A DNA stretch of 64,000 bases from the human T2T-CHM13v2.0 reference genome, Homo sapiens: assembly GCF_009914755.1 (NCBI RefSeq), contig NC_060939.1; one strand, 5' to 3'. The notes below the pieces were generated by a model. It had not been told where the DNA came from. It was given only the letters and a program-made list of their open reading frames with translations, and did not search any database. Shown in pieces: positions 11,919 through 24,587 of this stretch (positions within the stretch are counted from its first letter, which is position 1; the number at the start of each line of letters is the position of its first letter). Position numbers and translations under genes: made by a program.

Positions 11919-14900
11919 TTCCCATTTTTCTGGAAGGTAAGAACCCCTGAACCATTTCCCTCTGTGTCTCTACTCTCCCTTTTCTTTAAACTTGCCTCCT
12001 TTACTGTAGGCAACCTTCCACCCTCCATTCCTCCTTCTTCTCCCTTAGCCTGTGTTCTTAGGAACATAAAACCTCTTCAACTCTCACCTGACTTAAAATG
12101 TAAATGCCTTATTTTCTTCTACAATGCTGCTTGACCCCAATAGAAACTCGACAGTGGTTCTAAATGGCCAGAAAATGGCACTTGCGATTTCTCCATCCTA
12201 CAAGACCTAAATAATTTTTGTCAAAAAATAGGCAAATGGTCTGAGATGCCTGACGTCCAGGCATTCTTTTACACATCGGTCCTTCCCTAGTCTCTGTGCC
12301 CAGTGCAACTCTTCCCAAATATTCCTTCTTTCCCTCCCGCCTGTCCCCTCAGTCCCAACCCCAAGTGTCACTGAGTCTTTCTAATCTTCCTTTTCTACAG
12401 ACCCATCTGACCTCTCCCCTCCTCCCCAGGCTGCTCCTAGCCAGGCCAAACTAGGTCCCAATTCTTCCTCAGCCTCCGCTCCTCCACCCTATAATCTTTT
12501 TATCACCTCCCCTCCTCACACCAAGTCCAGTTTACAGTTTCATTCCGTGAGTAGCCCTCCCCCACTTGCCCAGCAATTTCCTCTTAAAAAGGTGGCTGAA
12601 GCTAAAGGCATAGTCAAGGTTAATGCTCCTTTTTCTTTATCAGACCTCTCCCAAATCAGTGAGCGTTTAGGCTCTTTCATCAAATATGAAAAACCCAGCC
12701 CAGTTCATAGCCGTTTGGCAGCAACCCTGAGACGCTTTACAGCCCTAGACCCTAAAATGTCAGAAGGCCGTCTTATTCTCAATATACATTTTGTTACCCA
12801 ATCTGCTCCCGACATTAAATAAAACTCCAAAAATTAAATTCCAGCCCTCAAACCCCACAACAGGACTTAATTAACCTCGCCTTCAAGGTGTACAATAATA
12901 GAGTAGAGGCAGCCAAGTAGCAACATATTTCTGAGTTGCAATTCTTTGCCTCCACTGTGAGACAAACCCCAGCCACATCTCCAGCACACAAGAACTCCAA
13001 ACACCTGAACCGCAGCTGCCAGGGGTTCCTCCAGAACCTCCTCCCCCAGGAGCTTGCTACAAGTGCTAGAAATCTGGCCACTGGGCCAAGGAATGCCCAC
13101 AGCCCAGGATCCCTCCTAAGCCATGTCCCATCTGTGCAGGTCCCCACTGAAAATTGGACTGTTCAACTCACCTGGCAGCCACTCCCAGAGCCCCTGGAAC
13201 TCTGGCCCAAGGCTCTCTGACTGACTCCTTCCCAGATCTTCTCAGCTTAGCAGCTGAAGACTGACACTGCCCGATCACCTTGGGTGCCTACAGGATCATC
13301 ACAGATGCTCTAGATAACTCTCACAGTGGAGGGTAAGTCCATCCCCTTCTTAATCAATACATAGGCTACTCACTCCACATTACCTTCTTTTCAAGGGCCT
13401 GTTTCCCTTGCCTCCATAACTGTTGTGGGTATTGATGGCCAAGGTTCTAAACCTCTTAAAACTCCCCAACTCTGGTGCCAACTTAGACAATAGTCTTTTA
13501 AGCACTCCTTTTTAGTTATCCCCACCTGCCCAGTTCCCTTATTAGGCCGAGACACTTTAACTAAATTATCTGCTTCCCTGACTATTCCTGGGCTACAGCC
13601 ACACCTCATTGCCGCCTTTTCCCCCAGTTCAGAGCCTCCTTCACATCCTCCCCTTGTATCTCCCCACCTTAACCCACAAGTATAAGACACCTCTACTCCC
13701 TCCTTAGCGACCAAACATGCACCCTTTAATATCCCATTAAAACCTAATCACTCTTACCCCGCTCAATGCCAATATCCCATCCCACAGCATGCTTTGAAAG
13801 GATTAAAGACCTTTATCACTGGCCTGTTATAGCATTGCCTTTTAAAGCCTATAAACTCTTCTTACCATTCCCCCATTTTACCTGTCCTAAAACCAGACAA
13901 GGCCTACAGCTTAGTTCAGAATCTGTGCCTTATGGACAAAATTGTTTTGCCTATCCACCCTGTGGTGCCAAACCCATATACTCTCCTATCCTCAATACCT
14001 CCCTCTACAACCCATTATTCTGTTCTGGATCTCAAACATGCTTTCTTTACTATTCCTTTGCACCCTTAATCCCAGCCTCTCTTTGCTTTCACTTAGATGA
14101 CCCTGACGCCCATTAGGCTCAGCAAATTACCTGGGCTGTACTGCCACAAGGCTTCACAGACAGCCCCCATTACATCAGTCAAGCCCAAATTTCATCCTCA
14201 TCTGTTACCTATCTCGGCATAATTCTCATAAAAACACATGTGCTCTCCCTGCTGATCGTGTCCGATTAATCTCCCAAACCTCAATCCCTTATAAAACAAC
14301 AACTCCTTTCCTTCCTAGGCATGGTTAGTGCAGTCAGAATTCTTACACAAGAGCCAGGACAGCACCCTGTAGCCTTTCTGTCCAAACAACTTGACCTTAC
14401 TGTTTTAGCCTAGCCATCATGTCTCTGTGCAGAGGCTGCTGCTGCCCTAATACTTTTAGAGGCCCTCAAATTCACAAACTATGCTCATCTCACTCTCAAC
14501 AGTTCTCATAACTTCCAAACTCTATATTTTCTTCCTCATACCTGACACATATACTTTCTGCTCCCCGGCTCCTTCAGCTGTACTCACTCTTTAAGTCCCA
14601 CAATTACCATTGTTCCTGGCCCGGACTTCAATCCGGCCTCCCACATTATTCCGGATACCACACCTGACCCCCATGACTGTATCTCTCTGATCCACCTGAC
14701 ATTCACCCCATTTCCCCATATTTCCTTCTTTCCTGTTCCTCACCCTGATCACACTTGGTTTATTGATGGCAGTTCCACCAGGCCTAATGGCCACACAGCA
14801 GCAAAGGCAGGCTATGCTATAGTACAAGCCACTAGCCCACCTCTTAGAACCTCTCATTTCCTTTCCATTGTGGAAATCTATCCTCAAAGAAATAACTTCT

Positions 14901-16071
14901 CAGTGTTCCATCTGCTATTCTACTACTCCTCAGGGATTATTCAGGACCCCTCCCTTCCCTACACATCAAGCTCAGGGATTTGCCCCCACCCAGGACTGGC
15001 AAATTGGCTTTACTCAACATGCCCCAGGTCAGAAAACTAAAATACCTCTTAGTCTAGGTAGACACTTTCACTGGATAGGTAGAGGCCTTTCCTACAGGGT
15101 CTGAGAAGGCCACCAGTCATTTCTTCCCTTCTGTCAGACATAATTCCTCAGTTTAGCCTTCCCACCTCTATACAGTCTGATAACAGACCAGCCTTTATTA
15201 ATCAAATCAGCTAAGCAGTTTTTCAGGCTCTTAGTATCCAGTGAAACTTTTATATCCCTTATGGTCCTCAGTCTTCAGGAAAGGTAGAACGGACTAAAGG
15301 TCTTTTAAAAACATACCTCACCAAGCTCAGCCACCAACTTAAAAAGGACTGGACAATACTTTTACCACTTTCCCTTCTCAGAAGTCAGACCTGTCCTCAG
15401 AATACTACAGGGTACAGCCCATTTGAGCTCCTGTATAGATGCTCCTTTTTATTAGGCCCCAGTCTCATTCCAGACACCAGACCAACTTAGACTGTGCCCC
15501 AAAAAAACTTGTCATCCCTACTATCTTCTATCTAGTCATACTCCTATTCACCGTTCTCAACTACTCATATATGCCCTGCTCTTGTTTACACTGCCGGTTT
15601 ACACTGTTTCTCCAAGCCATCACAGCTGATATCTCCTGGTGCTATCCCCAAACTGCCACTCTTAACTCTTAAAGTAAATAATCTTTGCTGGCAGGACTAT
15701 GCTGAATCTCCTTAGGCACTCTCTAATCAGATGTCCTAGGTCCTCCCAATTCTTAGACCTTTTATACCTGTTTTTCTCCTCTTATTCCATTTAGTTTTTC
15801 AATTCATACAAAACCGTATCCAGGCCATCACCAATCATTCTACATGACAAATGTTTCTTCTAACAACCCCGTAATATCACCCCTTACCACAAAATCTTCC
15901 TTCAGCTTAATCTCTCCCACTCTAGGTTCCCACACCGCCCCTAATCCCGTTCGAAGCAGCCCTGAGAAACATCGCACATTATCTCTCCATAACACCCCCA
16001 AAAATTTTCAGCGTCCCAACATTTTACCACTATTTCATTTTATTTTTCTTATTAATATAAGAATACAGGAA

Positions 16072-16478
16072 TGTGAGGCCTCCGAGCCCAAGCTAAGCCA
16101 TCATATCCCCTGTGACCTGCAGGTACACATCCAGATGGCCAGTTCCTGCCTTAACTGATGACATTCCACCACAAAAGAAGTGAAAATGGCCTGTTCTTGC
16201 CAAAACTGATGACATTGTCTTGTGACATTCCTTCTCCTGGCTCATCCTGGCTCAAAAGCTCCCCTACTGAGCACCTTGTGACCCCCACTCTGACCGCCAG
16301 AGAACCCCCCTTTGACTGTAATTTTCCTTTACCTACCCAAATCTTATAAAACGGCTCCACCCTTATCTCCCTTCGCTGACTCTTTTTGGACTCAGCCCAC
16401 CTGTACCCAGGTGAAATAAACAGCTTTATTGCTCACACAAACCTGTTTGGTGGTCTCTTCACATGGACGCGAGTGAAA
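16072..16478 (+). promoter_or_regulatory. Middle LTR7
   Basis: TGTGAGGCCTCCGAGCCCAAGC...GAGTGAAA; preceded by a PPT; AATAAA 16415; not followed by a PBS. Confidence 0.95.
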
Positions 16479-19400
16479 TTCTCAATATACATTTTATTAC
16501 CCAATCTGTTCCCGACATTAAATAAAACTCCAAAAATTAAATTCCGGCCCTCAAACCCCACAACAGGACTTAATTAACCTCGCCTTCAAGGTGTACAATA
16601 ATAGAGTAGAGGCAGCCAAGTAGCAACATATTTCTAAGTTGCAATTCCTTGCCTCCACTGTGAGACAAACCCCAGCCACATCTCCAGCACACAAGAACTT
16701 CCAAATGCCTCAACCGCAGCGGCCAGGATTTCCTCCAGAACTGCCTCCCCAGGAGCTTGGTACAAGTGCCAGAATGTACCAGGCCAAGGAATGCCCGCAG
16801 CCCAGGATTCCTCCTAGGCCGTGTCCCATCTCTGCAGGACCCCACTGAAAATCAGACTGTTCAACTCACCTGGCAGCCACTCCCAGAGCCCCTGGAACTC
16901 TGGACCAAGGATCTCTGACTCCTTCCCAGATCTTCTTGGCTTAGCTGCTGAAGACTGACGCTGCCCGATCGCCTCAGAAGCCCTGTGGACCATCACAGAC
17001 GCCGAGCTTTAGGTAATTCTCACAGTGGAGGGTAAGTCCGTCCCCTTCTTAATCAATATGGAGGCTACCCACTCCACATTACCTTCTTTTCAAGGGCCTG
17101 TTTCCCTTGCCTCCATAACTGTTGTGGGTATTGACGGCCAGGCTTCTAAACCTCTTAAATCTCCCCAACTCTGGTGCCAACTTAGACAATACTCTTTTAA
17201 GCACTCCTTTTTAGTTATCCCCACCTGCCCAGCTCCCTTATTAGGCTGAGACACTTTAACTAAATTATCTGCTTCCCTGACTATTCCTGGACTACAGCTA
17301 CATCTCATCGCCGTCCTTCTTCCCAATCCAAAGCCTCCTTTGCGTCCTCCTCTTGTATCCCCCCACCTTAACCCACAAGTATAGGATACCTCTACTCCCT
17401 CCTTAGCGACCAATCATGCACCCCTTAGCATCTCATTAAAACCTAATCACCCTTACCCCGCTCAATGCCAATATCCCATCCCACAGCATGCTTTAGAAGG
17501 ATTAAAGCCTGTTATCACTCACCTGTTACAGCATGGCCTTTTAAAGCCTATAAACTCTCCTTACAATTCCCCCATTTTACCTGTCCTAGAACCAGACAAG
17601 GCTTACAGGTTAGTTCAGGATCTGCGCCTTATCAACCAGATTGTTTTGCCTATCCACCCAGTGGTGCCAAACCCATATACTCTCCTATCCTCAATACCTC
17701 CCTTCACAACCCATTATTCTGTTCTGGATCTCAAACATGCTTTCTTCACTATTCCTTTGCACCCTTCATCCCAGCCTCTCTTTGATTTCACTTGGACTGA
17801 CCCTGACACCCATCAAGCTCAGCAAATTACCTGGACTGTACTGCCGCAAGGCTTCACAGACAGCCCCCATTACATCAGTCAAGCCCAAATTTCTTCCTCA
17901 TCTGTTACCTATCTCAGCGTAATTCTCATAAAAACACACGTGCTCTCCCTGCCAATCATGTTCAGCTGATCTCTCAAACCCCAACACCTATAAAACAACA
18001 ACTCCTTTCCTTCCTAGGCGTGGTTGGATACTTTCGACTTTAGACACCTGGTTTTGCCACCCTAACAAAACCATTACATAAACTCACAAAAGGAAACCTT
18101 GCTGACCCCATAGATCCTAAATCCTTTCCTCACTCCTCTTTCCATTCCTTAAAGACAGCTTTAGAGACTGCCCCCATCCTAGCTCTCCCTGGCTCATCCC
18201 AACCCTTTTCATTATCCACAGCCGAAGTGCAGGGCTGTGCAGTCAGAATTCTTACACAAGAACCGGGACTGCGCCCTGTAGACTTTTTATCCAAACAACT
18301 TGACCTTACTGTTTTGCCTAGCCCTCAAGTCCGCTTGTGGTGGCCGCCACCACCCTAATTCTTTTAGAGGCCCTTAAAATCACAAACTATGCTCAACTCA
18401 CTCTCTACAGTTCTCATAACTTCCAAAATCTATTTTCTTCCTCACACCTGACACATATACTTTCTGCTCCCCGGCTCCTTCAGCTGTACTCACTCTTTGT
18501 TAAGTCTCCCACAATTACCATTGTTCCTGGCCCGGACTTCAATCCGGCCTCCCACATTATTCTGGATACCACACCTGACCCCCATGACTGTATCTCTCTG
18601 ATCCACCTGACATTCACCCCATTTCCCCATATTTCCTTCTTTCCTGTTCCTCACCCTGATCACACTTGGTTTATTGATGGCAGTTCCACCAGGCCTAATG
18701 GCCACACACCAGCAAAGGCAGGGTATGCTATAGTATAAGCCACCAGCCCACCTCTTAGAACCTCTCATTTCTTTTCCATCGTGGAAATCTATCCTCAAAG
18801 AAATAACTTCTCAGTGTTCCATCTGCTATTCTACTACTTCTCAGGGATTATTCAGGCCCCCTCCCGTCCCTACACATCAAGCTCAGGGATTTGCCTCCTC
18901 CCAGGACTGGCAAATTAGCTTTACTCAACATGCCCGGAGTCAGGAAACTAAAATACCTCTTGGTCTAGGTAGACACTTTCACTGGATAGGTAGAGGCCTT
19001 TCCCAGAGGGTCTAAGAAGGCCACCACGGTCATTTCTTCCCTTCTGTCAGACATAATTCCTCAGTTTAGCCTTCCCACCTCTATACAGTCCGATAGCAGA
19101 CCTGCTTTATTGGTCAAATAAGCCAAGCATTTTTTCAGGCTCTTGGTATTCAGTGAAACCTTTATATCCCTTACGGTCCTCAGTCATCAGGAAAGGCAGA
19201 ACGGGCTAATGGTCTTTTAAAACCTCTCCAAGCTCAGCCACCAACTTAAAAAGGACTAGACAATACTTTTACCACTTTCCCTTCTCAAAATTCAGGCCTG
19301 TCCTCAGAATGCTACAGGGTACAGACCATTTAAGCTCCTGTATAGACGCTCTTTTTTATTAGGCCCCAGTCTCATTCCAGACACCAGACCAACTTGGACT

Positions 19401-19976
19401 GTGCCCCAAAAAACTTGTCATCCCTACTATCTTCTGTCTAGTCATACTCCTATTCACCGTTCTCAACTACTCATACATGCCCTGCTCTTGTTTACACTGC
19501 CGGTTTACACTGTTTCTCTAAGCCATCACAGCTGATATCTCCTGGTGCTATCCCCAAACTGCCACTCTTAACTCTTAAAGTAAATAAATAATCTTTGCTG
19601 AAAAGGCTATGCTGAACCTCCTTAGGCACTCTCTAATTATATGTCCTAGGTCCTCCCAATTCTTAGTCCTTTAATACCTGTTTTTCTCCTCTTATTCCGT
19701 TTTTCAATTCGTACAAAACCGTATCCAGGCCATCACCAATAATTCCAAATGACGAACGTTTCTTCTAACAACCCCACAACATCACCCCTTACCACAAAAT
19801 CTTCCTTCAGCTTAATCTCTCCCACTGTAGATTCCCACGCCGCCCCTAATCCTGCTCGAAGCAGCCCTGAGAAACATCGCCCATTTTCTCTCCATAACAC
19901 CCCCAAAAATTTTTGCCGTCCCAACATTTTACCACTGTTTCATTTTATTTTTCTTATTAATATAAGAAGACAGGAA
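16479..19976 (+). pseudogene. HERV-H internal region B (5'-truncated, starts inside gag)
   Basis: Begins TTCTCAATATACATTTT, homologous to 12776; protease remnant ORF 17025-17249 (FLINMEATHS, catalytic DTG lost); RT remnant ORF 17646-17969 (VLDLKHAFF, LPQGF, no YxDD); tether/RNase H ORF 18337-18738 (WFIDGSS, AGYAIV); PPT AAGAAGACAGGAA 19964-19976. Confidence 0.95.
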
Positions 19977-20389
19977 TGTCAGGCCTCTGAGCCCAAGCTA
20001 AGCCATCATATCCCCTGTGACCTGCAGTACACATCCAGATGACCAGTTCCTGCCTTAACTGATGACATTCCACCACAAAAGAAGTGAAAAGGCCTGTTCC
20101 TGCCTTAACTGATGACATTATCTTGTGAAATTCCTTCTCCTGGCTCATCCTGGCTCAAAAGCTCCCCTGCTGAGCACCTTGTGACCCCCCCCACACCTGC
20201 CCGCCAGAGAACAAACCCCCTTTGACTGTAATTTTCCTTTACCTACCCAAATCTTATAAAACGGCCCCACCGGTATCTCCCTTCACTGACTCTCTTTTCA
20301 GACTCAGCCTGCCTGCACCCAGGTGATTAAAAGCTTTCTTGCTCACACAAAGCCTGTTTGGTGGTCTCTTCACAGGGATACGAGTGAAA
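19977..20389 (+). promoter_or_regulatory. 3' LTR7 (ATTAAA poly(A) variant)
   Basis: TGTCAGGCC...GAGTGAAA followed by TSD GGCAC; GGTGATTAAAAGCTTT in R. Confidence 0.95.
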
Positions 20390-21264
20390 GGCACATTGAT
20401 AGTTTAGCATTACGGCCATTCCAGTTGTTAAAATACTGGATTATTTCCACTTCAGCTCACAAATAGTTGCTGCTTCAAGCTCTGGGAATCCCTGCCCCAC
20501 CTCCACTTATACCAGCATCAGTTCAGATTGGGTGCTGCCTGTGCCCTGCTATTATAAAATATTCTTCATATCCTCCATGAGGAAAAGCTAATAAAATCAC
20601 CTATGACCTGGAGCATTGACTGGGTTTGGTTGATTCTCCCTGCTTCCTCTCTCCTACCCTTGAGAGTCTCTTGTCACCTACTTCTCACCATGTGCCTTCC
20701 TGGGACATCTTCCTTCCCAGAAGTTTCAGGCAGTTGAACAGCAGTGGGCTAAACCATTATGGAGATCTTAAACCGCTAGATTATTACAAGCTCAAATTGA
20801 TTACCTTGGAGCTTGAAAATTTAGGAATGAACTAACATAGCACTTGAACGTGGCTAGAAAACATTGAGTTCAATAGATATAGATTTATGTTTGCTGTTTT
20901 TATGCTGTTATTACTGCTTTGTTCCTTCAGTTCCAATATCATTCATTGTATCCAAAGTAGTACAGGCCCCAGCTATTCCTTTTCTTATCTTCTTTTAGTC
21001 TGTTAAAAAAATATTGTTTGCCATTTTATAAAAGAAATCTAAGAAGCTTTCCTTTCTGCTAACTAATTTTAAATGTATTTTCCTGGTGACAAAACAATGC
21101 TTTAAAATGATCTGACAAAAATTAGCTATTGTGACTCAAAATGTATACGTACTTTCTCGAATACATGTTAGCATCTTTGTCGTGTTCTTTTAATTATCAC
21201 GTAGTTGGTTCAGATCCCACTTTCCACCCAGCAGTTGCCATTTTAGTCATTGTTTAATTGAGGA

Positions 21265-22790
21265 TATAGGTGTGCAGTGGCACAAACAAGGGTCTGGATT
21301 TGCAATCAATAGGCTCTAGATTAATTTTTGTCATTAATTAAGCTGGGTGACCTAAGAAAAGTCACTTTATTTGTGCCTAAAGGTGGTCATCAATGACTTA
21401 ACAGGATTTGGCTAAATGATAATCTTATCTTCCTGCCAGCTCTAAGGGTCTAGGATTTATTGGTGTTATTTTCCTTTTCTATTATAATAGTAGCAACGAT
21501 TAGCATGTAGAGAGTGTCTTTTATACGTCATCTCACTTAGACCTTACAGTCACTCTAACAGGTAGGCAAAATGAAAAAATGAACCCCACCAGCTTATAGC
21601 CTGCAAAGATAAACAATTAGAAAATTCTTGAATTACCCTTTTGAATTACCCACTCCAATTTCAAAAATTAAACATTGGTTTATGGAAGTCATTCTTCCTG
21701 ACTCTATCACAGGTGTTAGCATCTGAATGTGTTGGCTGAGCTTGGCATCCTGGTGTGAAATTATAGTTATGCTGCTAGTTGTTAAACATATGTGTTTATG
21801 TGTAAACATAAATATGTACATAAACACAGTGGGAGGTAGCAGGGGGTGTAGTCAAGCAGGGGATGAACAGGAGAAAGAGCAGAATTACTCATTAGCCTCC
21901 AGATAAAAGGAAGAAAAGAACCTAGCATTTATTAACTGCCCAATGTGTGCAGTTCATGTTATCTTAATCAATCTTCACATCAATCCTATAGGAAGTATGT
22001 ATTAACTTTCCCATTCTACAGACGCAGAAACCTAAACTCAGAGCAGTTAGCTGGAAGGCTCAACTTCTCATATGTTACACAGCCTAGCATGTCTTTCCAT
22101 GGCATCCTTAAAGTGATTCATTCATTTATAAACACATTTTTTTTGGGCACTTAGTACATGTCAGGCTCCGTGCTAGGCAATGAACAAAAGCCCACACCAA
22201 AAAGTTCTCTGCCCTCCTAGGTCTACAAATTCAACATTCTTGAAACTTACAGCCTCTATGGAGGTGGAGAGGGATCAAAGGTTAGAGAAGAGAAGGGGTC
22301 AGAGGTGTGCTGGTAAGTGTTCAACAACTAGCTCTTGCAGATGGGGGGAGCCTTGATGTGTAGCACTTCACAATTTCTGTGTCTAAATACACCCAACATT
22401 GCCTGTTTCAATGTCCACCATGACACCCTGAGTACAGGAAAGAGAGGCAGACAGCTTCCTATGCCAGGCAAGCCAGCTCCAGCATATGGTATGGTGAGAC
22501 AGAACATACAATCATAGAAGAGCCCTTTAATGACTAAGGTGAGGATACCTGACTCTCTCTCTCCCAGTGCACAATATCTAACATTTATAGAGGGTTTTAT
22601 GTTTAACAATGCATTTTCTCCACACATTACTTATTGTTATCCTTACAAGAACTCCATGAAAAAGGCATTTTGAGGATGGAGTAACTAAGCTTACTGAGGA
22701 TAAATACCTTTTCCAATATCTTACAGTTTGTAAGGGGCAGGACCAAACTTCAAAGACGATGCCCTTCACTATAATACACAGGCTCAAAAA
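21265..22790. mobile_element. Cluster of MIR and L2 fragments (approx. 21270-21450, 21920-22050, 22110-22200, 22560-22780)
   Basis: GCTGGGTGACCTAAGAAAAGTCACTT; CCCATTCTACAGACGCAGAAAC; ATTCATTCATTT...GTGCTAGGC; CATTTTGAGGATGGAGTAACTAAG. Confidence 0.6.
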
Positions 22791-23117
22791 CCCAAGATAG
22801 GTTACAAGTGCCTACTTTGAAAGCCTAAGCTAATTCATATGAATGGAGCATGATAATGAGATTAGCTCGATATTCTTCTAGTTATTGTTATTTGCCACAC
22901 ACAGTCAATAAATACGCCCCTAAGACCAATGCATGTCCTTAGTTATCTGCCATAGTACAAGAGTATGAGAGAGGCTAAATAAACATGATGGGACAAACCC
23001 AGCAGCAATATCCACTGAAGACTTCAACATATGAGCCAATACTGTCACTTTCACATTCCGAAGCTAGCACTAATCTTTACCTAAGTGGTGGTCTTCTTTA
23101 GGGATAAATCATTCCCC

Positions 23118-23230
23118 GTGGGTAGATGATGGGTTGATGGGTGCAGCAAACTACCATAACACGTGTATACCTGTGTAACAAACCTACATGTTCTCCGCAT
23201 GTATCCCAGAACTTAAGGTATAATAAAGAA
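23118..23230 (+). mobile_element. L1PA 3'-terminal fragment
   Basis: GATGGGTTGATGGGTGCAGCAAAC...GTAACAAACCT...ATGTATCCCAGAACTTAA.GTATAATAAA. Confidence 0.9.
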
Positions 23231-24229
23231 ATGTTTTTAAAGGGAAATTGAAAAAAAAATGCCACTAAAGCAACTTACTGTAAGGATGGAAGCCAATGAA
23301 CTATCAACTTCTCATGCACCCAAAGCAAACTGATGACAGTTCTGTTGCCAGTAGTTAAAACAAAGCATTTTGTAAAATTAGCTTGCCTATACAGGCTTTT
23401 CATCAGGTCTTATTGACTGTCTTATTTGAGAAGGACTGAATATGGAATACAAGTAGTGTGATACTTGGGATCACAGGTAAGAGAAAAGAGCAGCTTGTTC
23501 TCAGGCTATATAACAAGGTGCAGCTAGGTGTAATTGATCAATTCAGGATGGTCAGCATTTCCTAGATACTCACTGCTTGCTGAGCAGTCTGCAAAAACTT
23601 CTTCAATAAAGGCCTAGAAAACTGAATGTATTGGTCACATAGCAGCAATTTAATTGATGGTAATCTTGTTATTATTTTCATTCAATGCCCCTAAAAAGGG
23701 GCAGAGGGCACATTGATGAAATTTTATCAGATTGGAATCAAGGATAAAAAAAACTTAAGTGTGTCCAGGGACTTTCACTGAAGTTTGTTTTTGTTTTGGG
23801 ATTTTTTTTTATTTTTATTTTTGGTCTTAACTGATCTGAAGTCTTGGAATCCCCCCATTTTATGTCAACAAATGTGCCATGCCCCAAGAGCTGGGTTAGA
23901 AGGACCTGTGGTTCAGGCACAGGCTCAGGCACCCTCACTTTGCAAATCTAAAAATATATAAGGAAAACATAGTATATTGAGATGTTTGAAATTAAAGAAA
24001 GATGAAATATGAGTTCAAATAATTTCTCTTTTGAAAAGGAAAATAAATACTAGGTTCTTTACAATTCCTTGCTTTCCCATCATGTTTTTTATTTTCCACA
24101 TCATTTTCTATATATTAATCCACCTGGTTGTCACAGCATCTTTGTGAAGTCGGTAGGGCAGATAGGTATTAATATTTTTCATTTCACAGATAATAAAACT
24201 AAGACTTGGCAAAATATGGGTTTAACAAC

Positions 24230-24587
24230 TGATATGGTTTGGCTGTGTCCCCACCCAAATCTTATCTTGAGTTGTAGCTCCCATAATTCCTATGTGTCAT
24301 GGAAGGAACCGAGTGGGAGGTAATGGAATCATGGGGATGGGTCTTTCCCCTGCTGTTCTCATGATCATAAGTCTCATGAGAACTGATGATTTTATAAAGG
24401 AGAGTTCCACTATACAAGCCCCCTTGCCTGCCACCATGTAAGACGTGGCTTTGCTCCTCCTTGCCTTCCACCGTGATTGTGAGGCCTCCCCAGCCATGTG
24501 GAACTGTGAGTCAGTTAAACCTCTTTCCTTTATGAACACCCAGTATCAGGTATGTCTTTATTGGCAACATGAGAACAGACTAATACA
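24230..24587 (+). mobile_element. THE1 (MaLR) solo LTR inserted in a MIR
   Basis: TGATATGGTTTGGCTGTGTCCCCACCCAAATCT ... CAGACTAATACA; TSD ACAAC/ACAGC (1 mismatch). Confidence 0.93.

Larger units (their letters stand above)
11175..16071 (+). pseudogene. HERV-H internal region A (defective gag-pro-pol, env largely deleted)
   Basis: Splice donor CCG|GTAAGC 11321; Zn knuckle CYKC*KSGHWAKEC ~13055-13096; RT LDLKHAFF and LPQGF motifs; RNase H WFIDGSS; integrase QDWQI; many stops and frameshifts; PPT AAGAATACAGGAA 16059-16071. Confidence 0.95.
10761..20389 (+). mobile_element. Compound HERV-H provirus: LTR7 - internal A - LTR7 - partial internal B - LTR7
   Basis: Three LTR7s, degenerate tRNA-His PBS, gag/pro/pol remnants twice, two PPTs; 5-bp TSD GGCAC at 10756-10760 and 20390-20394. 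Confidence 0.97.

Noticed and set aside
17025-18738. HERV-H protease/RT/RNase H ORFs as functional CDS
   Set aside because: Fragmented by stops and frameshifts; protease DTG is replaced by NME, the RT YxDD region is deleted and RNase H is truncated.
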